From assembly GCA_903854215.1 (NCBI GenBank), contig CAINVT010000009.1:191-64190 (forward strand): a stretch of 64,000 bases of DNA. Reading direction: 5' to 3'. Under the pieces are notes generated by a model that ran no database searches, was not told the origin of the DNA, and saw only the letters and a list, made by a program, of their open reading frames with translations. Shown piece by piece: positions 20,816 to 30,304 of this stretch. The position numbers and the translations under genes are program-made. Numbering within the stretch: position 1 is the first letter of the stretch; each line of letters opens with the position of its first letter. The stretch is from an uncultured bacterium (GTDB lineage: Bacteria > Patescibacteriota > Minisyncoccia > Phycocordibacterales > UBA2100).

Positions 20816-22417
20816 ATGTCTTTAAACTTCGACACAATCAATATCCTTGTCACCGTTGCGGGCGTGGCAAACCTCGCGTATGGCTTTCTCGTATGGGAGC
20901 GTGGAAAACACGAAAAAATGAATGAGGCGTTTTTCTTTTTTGCTTGTACCGTTACCCTTTGGGCAATCGGAATGTTCTTGTTTCGTGGTACTCTTACAGA
21001 AAGTTCAGCAGTCTTTGCTGCGCGTTTCTTGTACATAGTTGCAGCGCTTATTCCACTTGCTTTCGTTCATTTCGCATTCGTATTTGAAGCACCGTCATAT
21101 AAATACACATCATCAAGGGCAACATTAATCGCAATACCAGGTGCAATAGCTGTTGGCCTCGCAGCGATACCGAACATGCTTATCACCAGTGTTATTTTTG
21201 TACCGGGACATGAGCCGATCATCTTATTCAATCTTTTTTTCCACCTGCTGTATTTTTGCTATATTACCACGTATGCACTCGCCGTTTTAATACTGCTGTT
21301 GAAGCGATTTTCGCAGAGTTCAGGAGTTGTTCGCAACCGGATCGTGTACATTTTAATTGGTACATCTTTGCCGTGGACTGTCGGTATAACAACGAACATT
21401 ATTCTTCCCCTGTTCGGCATCTTTGCCTATAACTGGCTTGGACAAGTATCAACCTTCTTTTCTACGACGGTCATTTCCTACGGAATTTTTCGGTCGCGGC
21501 TCTTCAATGTTCGAGTCGTCACGACCGAGTTGCTCGTGCTTATTGTGACATTCATTTCATTCATACAGATACTTTTGAGCGCGAATGTCAAACAAACATT
21601 TTTGGAAGCGTGTGTCTTCATATTACTGCTCATTGCCGGTTACCTCCTCATTCGGAGTGTTTACCATGAAGCCGAACAACGTGAACTAATCGAACGTCAG
21701 GAAAAAAATCTTGAGGCAGTCAATCTTCAACAAGAAAGCCTCCTTCATTTCATGAGCCATGAGATCAAGGGGTATCTGACAAAAAGCGAGGCGGGGTTTG
21801 CCGCCATCGTACAAGGTGATTTTGACCCCGTCACACCGGAACTTGCGCGCATGGCGAATGATGCGCTTGTCGACATACGCAGGGGCGTTCGCACTGTCAT
21901 AGATATTTTGGACGCGTCGAATCTCAAGCGTGGAACCGTTTCCTTCAAGAAGAATGTGTTCGATCTCAAAGATGTGGTACAAGGCGTAGTCGATCACCTG
22001 AAACCCGCCGCAGACGAAAAACATCTGACCATCAACATGTCTCTCGCGTGGGAAGTGCCGTGCAAGGTTATCGGTGATGAAGAGAAGATTCGCAATCATG
22101 TCATTCGTAATCTTGTCGACAACGCGATCAAATACACACCCGCGGGCACTATTTCCGTGGAAGTCATCCGAGTCGACAAAATAGTGCGATTTAGCATACA
22201 AGATAGCGGCGTTGGCATCACCGATGAAGACAAAAAGAAGCTTTTCACCGAGGGTGGTCATGGCAAAGATTCGGTCAAGGTCAACGTGCATTCGACCGGC
22301 TATGGTCTCTACATCGCGAAGACTATTGTCGAAGCCCAAGGCGGCAAGATTTGGGCCGAGTCCGAAGGGGCAGGGAAGGGGTCGAGATTCGTGGTCGAAT
22401 TGCCTGCTGTTACATAA
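20816..22417 (+). CDS. Sensor histidine kinase with a multi-TM (7TM-like) N-terminus
   Basis: About 280 aa of hydrophobic helices; H-box SHEIKGYLT, N-box NLVDNAIKYT, G1 DSGVGI, G2 STGYGLYIAK. Confidence 0.92.
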   Translation: MSLNFDTINILVTVAGVANLAYGFLVWERGKHEKMNEAFFFFACTVTLWAIGMFLFRGTLTESSAVFAARFLYIVAALIPLAFVHFAFVFEAPSYKYTSSRATLIAIPGAIAVGLAAIPNMLITSVIFVPGHEPIILFNLFFHLLYFCYITTYALAVLILLLKRFSQSSGVVRNRIVYILIGTSLPWTVGITTNIILPLFGIFAYNWLGQVSTFFSTTVISYGIFRSRLFNVRVVTTELLVLIVTFISFIQILLSANVKQTFLEACVFILLLIAGYLLIRSVYHEAEQRELIERQEKNLEAVNLQQESLLHFMSHEIKGYLTKSEAGFAAIVQGDFDPVTPELARMANDALVDIRRGVRTVIDILDASNLKRGTVSFKKNVFDLKDVVQGVVDHLKPAADEKHLTINMSLAWEVPCKVIGDEEKIRNHVIRNLVDNAIKYTPAGTISVEVIRVDKIVRFSIQDSGVGITDEDKKKLFTEGGHGKDSVKVNVHSTGYGLYIAKTIVEAQGGKIWAESEGAGKGSRFVVELPAVT

Positions 22418-22483
22418 AAGTCTCTTTCTAAAGCAAATAGACAGTTTTTATAAACGAGCATATTACGCTCATAATAGCTTTGT

Positions 22484-23944
22484 ATGTCGCGATTAGTCGT
22501 CTTTTGCGGGGGGATGGGAAGTGGAAAATCCACCTGCGCTGAGATCTTGGGAAACCATTTATCGGGAAAAAAAATTCGAGTGAAATACCTTAATGCATAT
22601 AAAGATCTTTACGAACCATTCGCGAGAAAGCAAGGTTTGGAGATACCTACGGACGTAACTCGCGAGAAGAGTAGTGACCTCGTACAGCAACTCTATAAAC
22701 GCTTTGGCAAGGAAATTGGAAGTGAACTTGTTATCGATCTCATGCGCAACAGTCACGACGAGGACATCTATATACTTGACAGTAAAAGGAATCCTGCCGG
22801 TATCACATTTCTTAAAAAAGAGCTCCACGAGCAATGTGTGGTCATTGGTGTTTATGCAAATGAGCAAATTCGCGCGAATCGCCTCATGCGTAGGCAACGC
22901 CCAGATGATGAGTTTCGGAACAGAGACGTAATCACTAATGCCATGCTCAAAGAGGAAACGCTGTATGCTCTCAGTGAATCGCTTAAGCTTGCGGATCACA
23001 CCATTGCGAACATATATGATTCGATTCAAGAACTTGAAGAGGCGATGGCGCCGATCATTGTCCTCCTTTGTGATCAGGAGTATGATCTTGTCAGATATGT
23101 GAGGGCACTTTGGGCGAAATTGATGGCTGTATATTTTCCCACAGAGTCAGTAGATTCAAAAAACAATATGAATACGCTTTTAAAGCTCGCAGTGCAAAAA
23201 GTAGAGCTTGCGAGATTCTATGATAAATATTGCATCAACATACTATCAAACGTAGATATTTCCACTCTGGAGCAGTCCAACAACGAGTTTGAGGTTAAGT
23301 TTCGGTGCACAAACAAGAACAAGGATATTCTATGCTCCTATCTTGAACGTATAGGCATATCAAAACTCCCCGATCACGTGCTTGAAGACGATATTGTTAT
23401 TGACACGGAAGATGGAAAATTGAAGCGGCTGGGTGTTTTGGTAAGATTTCGCAATTCGAATCAAGAACCGTGTCCACTGCTCACTTTAAAGTTTAAACAA
23501 TCGGGAGACAGGACGACCAAGCACGACATCGAATTACAAAAGAATTTGACGAGAGCAAACATGTTTTTCTCCGAACTGGTGAACGACTTCTTCCAGGCGC
23601 TCAACTTAGAAAAAATTGATTTAGAATCCGTTTCGACCCTTCAAAATGGCGATGCCATTCAAAATTTTTTCAGCAATACGGTTTATAATCGCGTGAGAAT
23701 GCGTATCCAGAAACGAAGGAGCTCAATATCGCTATCGAACCACATTCAGGTATGCATTGATGAGCTACCTCATGATATCGGCACGTTTATTGAACTGGAG
23801 TCGGATTCCAAACTACAGCTCGAAAAGTTTATTGATAAAGTTGGTCTTGGTTATGATGTTGCGATAACCGACGACTATGGCAAGCTGGTAATCTCCTTTA
23901 ATGAACAGCACGGACGGACACCTTCTCGCGTAGCGATCTTTTAA
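22484..23944 (+). CDS. Fusion of an N-terminal P-loop nucleotide/dephospho-CoA-kinase-like domain and a C-terminal CYTH (CyaB-like) domain
   Basis: GGMGSGKST Walker A; CYTH ExExK (EFEVKF), VRFR, LTLK, KRR and FIELE motifs. Confidence 0.75.
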   Translation: MSRLVVFCGGMGSGKSTCAEILGNHLSGKKIRVKYLNAYKDLYEPFARKQGLEIPTDVTREKSSDLVQQLYKRFGKEIGSELVIDLMRNSHDEDIYILDSKRNPAGITFLKKELHEQCVVIGVYANEQIRANRLMRRQRPDDEFRNRDVITNAMLKEETLYALSESLKLADHTIANIYDSIQELEEAMAPIIVLLCDQEYDLVRYVRALWAKLMAVYFPTESVDSKNNMNTLLKLAVQKVELARFYDKYCINILSNVDISTLEQSNNEFEVKFRCTNKNKDILCSYLERIGISKLPDHVLEDDIVIDTEDGKLKRLGVLVRFRNSNQEPCPLLTLKFKQSGDRTTKHDIELQKNLTRANMFFSELVNDFFQALNLEKIDLESVSTLQNGDAIQNFFSNTVYNRVRMRIQKRRSSISLSNHIQVCIDELPHDIGTFIELESDSKLQLEKFIDKVGLGYDVAITDDYGKLVISFNEQHGRTPSRVAIF

Positions 23945-23950
23945 CCGAAC

Positions 23951-24939
23951 ATGAAGACAACCGTCACATCTCCCGCGCGGTTACATCTTGGTCTGATAGA
24001 TTGCGGTAACGCCACCCACCGTCTTTTTGGAGGTTTGGGCATATCGGTTGCGGGTCTACACGTACGGCTTGTCGCACAATCGTCAGATAAATGGAACTTT
24101 ACCTTGCGGGCGGACGCGAAGATGAACGGCTTGAACATGAAGTACGATTACTCTTCGAAAGACTACAAAAAATTGGCGCAGCCCCGTGTGATGTTGTCGT
24201 AGTGGACATGCCTCAACAACATTGCGGTCTCGGTTCCAAGACGAGCGTGTTGCTAAGTACAGCTGTCGCGATCGCTGACTTTTCAAATCTTCAACTTGAA
24301 CCCGCACAGCTTATCGCACTCTCGGGCCGCGGAGGTACCTCGGGCATTGGAATTAATACTTTTTTTCTTGGCGGAGTGATTGCCGATTCCGGCCATAGCG
24401 AACCAAAGCACTCTCGGAACTTTGCACCATCTTCGCGACGGATGGGACCAGCATCCTTACCAAAGGTTGTTGCACGAGTCGAAGTACCGGACAATATGCG
24501 CGTTCTCCTTTTTATCGATACTTTCTCGTCGAAAATACGTATTCAAGGCAACGAGGAAATGCGAATATTCGCAGAAACTATGCCTCTCAAAGAAATAGAG
24601 AACCTTCGATCACTCGCCGCCGTGTATCACGGCGTGATACCAGCGTTGCAGGAGGGTGATATGAATATGCTGTTCCAGTCCATCCGTGATCTCAACAGTT
24701 GTGGAATGAAGCAGATTGAAGTAAATCTACAGTCGAATATTACTCAAACTTTTATCCGCGATGTCTGGAGCAATTCGATACCGTGCGGTGTTTCAAGCTT
24801 TGGTCCAATTGTCTTCTGTATAGTTAACGCGAATTCTGACGCTATTACAGTGGCAATGAGGCTGGCACATGTCCATAACCTCACTTGTATGGGCCTCTTT
24901 GCATTCGACAATACTGGTGCAATCAGCGAGCGCTCATGA
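23951..24939 (+). pseudogene. beta-RFAP-synthase-like GHMP-family protein split by a -1 frameshift
   Basis: First frame gives PARLHLGLID...FGGLG; the frame starting at 24091 gives HCGLGSKT, GRGGTSGIG..F..GG.IADSGH, FAPSS and SSFGP. Confidence 0.75.
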
Positions 24940-24940
24940 T

Positions 24941-25822
24941 ATGGAACGGCTTTCTTTTTTGATTGACGATAGTGATCTTAGGCGCGCGCTCGAAACACTT
25001 GATATTGTCCTTGATTTAAAAAATATTCATAGAACACAACGAGGTTCAGTGATTATTGGAATGCGCGGTTCAGAGAAAGTCGCTGTCAAAATCGCTTCAA
25101 AAGATATATGCGATACGGAATTCGGAATCGTTCCAGCACGTAGTGTGGGACTTCAGAACGAAATTTGTGCACTCCTCAATCTCAAGGACAGCGGTCCGTT
25201 TCCCGAAATGATTGCCTGTATGGTCTCGCCCAAATTCAATATCTGCGTTATGAGATACATAAACGGAATGAGTGGCTTTGGAATTCCCGCCAATCAACGC
25301 CTCTCCGCCGTGCAGGGTCTATTCGTAGCTGTACGACGCCTTCATGAGCTTGGCTACACGCACGGAGATATCCAACCCAACAACATCATCTTTACTGATG
25401 GTCAGAGACCTGCTGTTACTCTGATCGATTTCGAGCTAATTTCACGCATTGATTCATCAGCCCCGCAATATCCCGGAAAGAGAGAGTATCTGTCTCCTGA
25501 AAGTGCGAACGAGGTATTAGGCATAGGATACGTCTCGCGGCACCTGTCACAAGATCTTTATGCGCTTGCTTTATCGTCGCTGACAATTCTTGCAGATAAA
25601 GAGCAAGTGACATACCACGGGCACGATCTTTCCGATGAGCAGAAACTTGGACAAATAGCCGCGCGAAACGTTCGAATTAACACTCCTTCGGGATATTCAG
25701 AACCAGTCTTTGCTCAAGCGCTGGAGAGGCTGATTCTCGATCCAAAATGGTTTGCGCTACGTACTGTAGATGATCTTGCTAAAGTAACTGATCTCCACTT
25801 CGAGAACTTCAATGTGCGCTGA
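24941..25822 (+). CDS. Hanks-type Ser/Thr protein kinase-like protein
   Basis: VAVK, NE, HGDIQPNNI, IDFE, YLSPE and DLYAL subdomain motifs; ATG 24941 is 1 nt after the upstream stop. Confidence 0.8.
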   Translation: MERLSFLIDDSDLRRALETLDIVLDLKNIHRTQRGSVIIGMRGSEKVAVKIASKDICDTEFGIVPARSVGLQNEICALLNLKDSGPFPEMIACMVSPKFNICVMRYINGMSGFGIPANQRLSAVQGLFVAVRRLHELGYTHGDIQPNNIIFTDGQRPAVTLIDFELISRIDSSAPQYPGKREYLSPESANEVLGIGYVSRHLSQDLYALALSSLTILADKEQVTYHGHDLSDEQKLGQIAARNVRINTPSGYSEPVFAQALERLILDPKWFALRTVDDLAKVTDLHFENFNVR

Positions 25823-25914
25823 ATTCTCAATATTCTAAAAAGAGTACACATTCCCAGATTAAATGGTATAGTATTAAGGGGTATGCTCCTAGTACCCTTT
25901 GGGAGAAACGACTC

Positions 25915-26097
25915 ATGACTGTTTATGACCCTGTTGCAGCGCGGAAAGCCACCGAGAGACGCTTTCCTGTCACCTTTATCCGTGCTGCCGATGGCTGCCC
26001 AGTCGGGGCAGCAAAAGCGGACGATCTTGAAGCCGCGCTTGCAATCTTGTTCGAAAACGGCAACACTCGCGTTGACATCTCGTTTCCTGAGAAGTGA
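25915..26097 (+). CDS. Small hypothetical protein (60 aa)
   Basis: SD-like gggaga upstream and a hairpin downstream at 26109-26132. Confidence 0.45.
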   Translation: MTVYDPVAARKATERRFPVTFIRAADGCPVGAAKADDLEAALAILFENGNTRVDISFPEK

Positions 26098-26108
26098 CGC
26101 TACGTCCG

Positions 26109-26132
26109 TGGCCGCCGTCTGATCGGCGGCCA
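26109..26132 (+). terminator. GC-rich hairpin at the right edge of the island
   Basis: tggccgccg-tctgat-cggcggcca. Confidence 0.5.
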
Positions 26133-26191
26133 TATTTCATGTAATTTATTACACGGCTTAAAAAATTACTAGTTTCTGGTATTATAGGCTT

Positions 26192-27127
26192 ATGCAAAAA
26201 CTATTCAGCGGAATAAAGCCAACGGGCACCTTGCACCTGGGGAATTACTTCGGCGCGATGCGGCAATTCGTCGAATTGGCGCCACGCTACGACTGTATGT
26301 TCATGGTCGCCGATTATCATTCAATCAATTCCCAGCGAGACCCAGGCGAGCTTCGCAGCGGTATTATCGACATTGCCGCGGCATTCGTCGCGATCGGGAT
26401 CAATCCGGCACAATCGATCATTTTCAAGCAATCTGACGTGCCGGAGCACACTGAACTCACCTGGGTCTTCAACAACCTCGTCTCGGTATCATTTCTCATG
26501 CAGGCGCATGCGTACAAGGACGCAGTCGCCAACGGCAAAGAGGCCAACATGGGTCTGTTCGATTACCCGATGCTGATGGCATCCGATATCTTGCTCTACA
26601 ACACCGACATCGTTCCGGTCGGCAAAGATCAGCAGCAGCACGTCGAGTACGCGCGCGAGGCTGCGGCAAAGTTCAACAACGCATACGGCGAGACGTTCAA
26701 AGAGCCCAAGGAACACATCCTGGAAGCGGTCGCAGTCGTTCCCGGCACCGACGGCCGCAAGATGAGCAAGAGCTATGGCAATACGATTCCGCTCTTCGGC
26801 ACCAAGGACGAAATCGTGAAGGCAGTCATGTCCATCGTCACAGATTCCAATGCCGAAAGTCCGGAGAATGTTTATGCGATCCACTCGCTCTTCCGCGACA
26901 AGAATGAACTCGCCATCATATATACGGAAAACAAGGGCAAGTATAAGGCGCTCAAAGAAGCGTTGATTGAGGATATCGAGGCATTTGTCGCACCGATGCG
27001 CGAGGTGCGCGACGCGATCACCGATGGAGATGTGAAGAACATCCTGAAAGATGGCGGTGAGCGCGCCCGCGCCATCGCGTCGAAAAAGATGGAAGACGTA
27101 CGGCAAAAAATCGGCATTACCATATAA
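26192..27127 (+). CDS. trpS: Tryptophan--tRNA ligase
   Basis: HLGNYFGA, YPMLMASDIL, VPVGKDQ, KMSKS. Confidence 0.98.
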   Translation: MQKLFSGIKPTGTLHLGNYFGAMRQFVELAPRYDCMFMVADYHSINSQRDPGELRSGIIDIAAAFVAIGINPAQSIIFKQSDVPEHTELTWVFNNLVSVSFLMQAHAYKDAVANGKEANMGLFDYPMLMASDILLYNTDIVPVGKDQQQHVEYAREAAAKFNNAYGETFKEPKEHILEAVAVVPGTDGRKMSKSYGNTIPLFGTKDEIVKAVMSIVTDSNAESPENVYAIHSLFRDKNELAIIYTENKGKYKALKEALIEDIEAFVAPMREVRDAITDGDVKNILKDGGERARAIASKKMEDVRQKIGITI

Positions 27128-27152
27128 GGGTTTACGAAACCCATAATTTCTT

Positions 27153-28481
27153 ATGGAACGAACATACATCAAAGATTTGAGTCAAAAAGTGGGAGAGTCG
27201 GCCTTGATCAAAGGTTGGGTATCGGTGCGACGCGACCAAGGCAAGATGATCTTTTTCGATTTTCGTGACATGACCGGCACGGTGCAGGGTGTCGTCTTAC
27301 CGAATAGTCCGGCAATGGAGACGGCAAAAGAATCACGGACCGAGTACGTCGTTGCAGTCGTTGGCACCGTCAACAAGCGCCCGGAAAAGAACATCCAATC
27401 TGATAAATTGAATGGAGATATCGAATTGCAGATCGAGAAGATAGAGATATTGAGTGCCGCTCAAGCACTACCGTTTGAACTTGATGCGGATCTTAATATC
27501 GATACATTGTTTGATTATCGTCCACTAACTTTGCGTCGCGAACGCGATCGAGCTGTATTTCGTGTTCAAGCAGAGATCGTACGCGCATATCGAGAATTCC
27601 TAAACAGCGAAGGATTCACGGAATTTCAAGCCCCCAAACTCGTCGGCGATGATGCCGAAGGCGGCGGCAATGTATTTAAGGTCGAATATCTCAAAGAAAA
27701 GAACGCCTATCTAGCTACGAGCCCGCAGCTTTATAAGCAGATCTTAGTGGGTGTTTTTGAGCGCGTATTTGCGGTTGGTAACGTCTTCCGTGCAGAAAAA
27801 CACGCAACGACGCGCCACTTGAATGAATACACCTCGATGGATATCGAGATGGGATTCATCAAGGATCACACCGATATTATGCGGATGGAAAATCGTCTCA
27901 TGAAGCACATCGTCGAACATCTGAAACGCACATCTGCGGCTGATTTTGCATTTATGAACGCCGAACTGCCGGTCGTTCCTGATGAAATTCCGCATATGAA
28001 GTTACGAGAGGCGCAGGTGTTGATTTCCCAAGCGACTGGTGTTGATTGCACCAATGAGCCTGACCTCGAGCCCGAACACGAACGCTGGCTTTGCAATTAC
28101 TCTAAAGAAAAATTTGGGAGTGATTTTATTTTTATTTCGCATTATCCTGTATCGAAACGTCCGTTTTACACGATGGAAGATTTTGAGGATCCGGGTTTTA
28201 CTAAGAGCTTCGACCTCTTGTTCCGCGGCGTTGAGATAACGACCGGTGGTCAGCGCGTGAATGAGTACCAGATGATGACCGACAAAATGCGCTCAAAAGG
28301 TCTTGATCCCGACAATTTTTCGTTCTATCTTCAAGCGTTCAAATATGGTTTACCTCCGCACGGCGGGTGGGGCATGGGACTCGAGCGATTGACACAGAAA
28401 ATGCTTGGACTTGATAGTGCAAAGGAAGCGGCTGTATTTCCGCGTGATATCAATCGCATCGATACGCGGCTCACCGAATAA
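27153..28481 (+). CDS. aspS: Aspartate--tRNA ligase, archaeal-like (probably non-discriminating) type
   Basis: SPQLYKQ, FRAEKH.T.RHLNE, PPHGGWGMGLER; 442 aa, no GAD insert. Confidence 0.93.
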   Translation: MERTYIKDLSQKVGESALIKGWVSVRRDQGKMIFFDFRDMTGTVQGVVLPNSPAMETAKESRTEYVVAVVGTVNKRPEKNIQSDKLNGDIELQIEKIEILSAAQALPFELDADLNIDTLFDYRPLTLRRERDRAVFRVQAEIVRAYREFLNSEGFTEFQAPKLVGDDAEGGGNVFKVEYLKEKNAYLATSPQLYKQILVGVFERVFAVGNVFRAEKHATTRHLNEYTSMDIEMGFIKDHTDIMRMENRLMKHIVEHLKRTSAADFAFMNAELPVVPDEIPHMKLREAQVLISQATGVDCTNEPDLEPEHERWLCNYSKEKFGSDFIFISHYPVSKRPFYTMEDFEDPGFTKSFDLLFRGVEITTGGQRVNEYQMMTDKMRSKGLDPDNFSFYLQAFKYGLPPHGGWGMGLERLTQKMLGLDSAKEAAVFPRDINRIDTRLTE

Positions 28482-28484
28482 TAC

Positions 28485-29216
28485 ATGGACACGCGATTCA
28501 ATCTTGCGACCCAAACCTTTGAAGGTCCGCTTGAGACACTGCTCAATCTCATCGAGCTTCGTAAGATGTCGATCTCAGAAATATCACTTTCGGAAGTTTG
28601 TGATGCATATCTCGCGTATGTCGAACAGTTACCGGAACTTCCGCTCGGCGAGACCGCGCAGTTCATTCTTGTCGCTTCGACCTTGCTCTTGATCAAATCC
28701 CGCACATTGTTGCCGACACTTGAGTTGAGCACCGAAGAACGCGAATCGGTCGAGGAACTCGAACGACGTCTCGCGCGTTATGCGGTGATTCGCAAAGCGG
28801 CGAAAGTCATGCGCAGCGAGTGGGGGAAAGCACCGCTCATTTTGGCAAAACGTGCGCCGCTGCGCGAGGCGGTCTTTTCTCCCGCGGAGACGAGCACCAT
28901 ACGCATCCGAGACGCGGCGATCAATCTCATCAAAAGTATTCCCAAGCCGGAACAATTGGCTCAAGCCGCCGTCGCACCTGTATTGGCCCTTGAGGACGTT
29001 ATTAAAAGTTTGCATGCACGCCTTACGACGGCGATTCGTACCCGCTGGAGCGATCTCACCAAAAATACGTCCGACAAACACGTGCTTATTGTCCATTTTC
29101 TTGCGGTGTTGGAACTCGTTCGCAATGGCAGTGCGAGCGTCTCGCAAGATAAACTCTTTAGCGACATCACCATAGAGATCGAAAACCTAACCGGCGCGCC
29201 GCGGTACGGCATTTGA
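28485..29216 (+). CDS. scpA: Segregation/condensation protein ScpA
   Basis: FEGPLETLLNLI, LLLIKSRTLLP, FLAVLELV. Confidence 0.93.
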   Translation: MDTRFNLATQTFEGPLETLLNLIELRKMSISEISLSEVCDAYLAYVEQLPELPLGETAQFILVASTLLLIKSRTLLPTLELSTEERESVEELERRLARYAVIRKAAKVMRSEWGKAPLILAKRAPLREAVFSPAETSTIRIRDAAINLIKSIPKPEQLAQAAVAPVLALEDVIKSLHARLTTAIRTRWSDLTKNTSDKHVLIVHFLAVLELVRNGSASVSQDKLFSDITIEIENLTGAPRYGI

Positions 29217-29285
29217 GTATGCATATGGTTCCCATGCACAGTCATGTGTGTTTGCGAATTTCAAAACGTGACCTATAATTTCCAC

Positions 29286-29546
29286 ATGGCAAAGAAGACG
29301 ACACTCAACGAACTCGGCTCGATGCTGGAGCATGTGGTCAAACACATGGCGACAAAGGACGATATTGCGAATATGGCGACCAAGGATGATATCGCTGCTA
29401 TTCGCAACGAGATGGCGACCGGCTTCCTAACGCTTCAGACCCAAGTCAATTCGATCGAAACCGATATCCACGGCATGAAGCATGCAAAACTGGAGTTTCG
29501 CGTACTTGATCTGGAAGAAAAAGTCTTCGGCAAAGTCCGCGCTTGA
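29286..29546 (+). CDS. Small coiled-coil protein with a tandem MATKDDIA repeat
   Basis: MATKDDIANMATKDDIAAIR; own promoter TTGCGA-N16-TATAAT at 29252-29279. Confidence 0.75.
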   Translation: MAKKTTLNELGSMLEHVVKHMATKDDIANMATKDDIAAIRNEMATGFLTLQTQVNSIETDIHGMKHAKLEFRVLDLEEKVFGKVRA

Positions 29547-29560
29547 CTTGTTCGGTCGTT

Positions 29561-29603
29561 ATGGCCGTGCATGGTGCCCATGATGGGCACCATGCACGGC
29601 CAT
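29561..29603. repeat. Perfect 21-bp-arm palindrome between the coiled-coil gene and scpB
   Basis: atggccgtgcatggtgcccat-g-atgggcaccatgcacggccat; degenerate half copy at 29225-29245. Confidence 0.9.
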
Positions 29604-29647
29604 TGGGTATTTTCGAGCGCAAGGGTTAGAATTAAAACAAACATTTT

Positions 29648-30304
29648 ATGGAGTCTGCAGATTCTAAAGAACTTGCGAACAAAATAGAAGCCTTTATCTT
29701 TGTCGAAGGTGGCTCACTTTCGATCAAACGACTCATTCAACTCACGAACACTGACGATGTGCAGGTGCGCGCCGCACTTACCGAGCTTGCGCGCAGGCGC
29801 GATGGTAGCGGACTTATGCTCGTGCAAACGGATACCGATGCGACACTTGCAGCAGCTCCAAAAGAAAGCGAGATCTTGCGATCAAATTACGAAAAAGAAT
29901 TGGGGCGAGAGGTCGGTGATGCGGGCCTTGAAGTACTCGCGATCATCCTCTACCGCGGTCCATCGACCCGCGCGCAGATCGATTATATTCGCGGTGTCAA
30001 TACAAGTTCGACGATTCGCACGCTGCTCGCACGCGGACTCATCACCCGCGCGGGTAATCCCTTGGATGGCCGTGAATACGTCTATCGTCCGACCGTTGAA
30101 TTGCTCGCGCATATCGGCGCAGCTCATGTGCAGGATCTCCCGGAATATGATACGATTTCAAGTGAATTAAAAGCATTCGAGGAGATTGAGCAGGAAAGCG
30201 GACCTTTTAACCAAAATCATGAGCGAAATGCAACCGACACAACCGGAGGAGGAACTTTTGTTGACACCAGCACCACAAGAGATCCTTCTGCCACAGCAGA
30301 CTGA
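29648..30304 (+). CDS. scpB: Segregation/condensation protein ScpB
   Basis: IEAFIF, LEVLAIILYRGP.TRAQIDYIRGVN. Confidence 0.93.
   Translation: MESADSKELANKIEAFIFVEGGSLSIKRLIQLTNTDDVQVRAALTELARRRDGSGLMLVQTDTDATLAAAPKESEILRSNYEKELGREVGDAGLEVLAIILYRGPSTRAQIDYIRGVNTSSTIRTLLARGLITRAGNPLDGREYVYRPTVELLAHIGAAHVQDLPEYDTISSELKAFEEIEQESGPFNQNHERNATDTTGGGTFVDTSTTRDPSATAD

Noticed and set aside
26489-27172. Long antisense or alternate-frame ORFs (for example 150-821, 4566-5294, 21686-22339, 26489-27172, 62501-63280)
   Set aside because: They shadow well-supported genes and lack recognisable motifs, as expected from codon bias.
30219-30304. 86-nt overlap between scpB and the carboxypeptidase gene as a dual-coding signal
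   Set aside because: Both overlapping segments are low-complexity tails, and the downstream start is uncertain.
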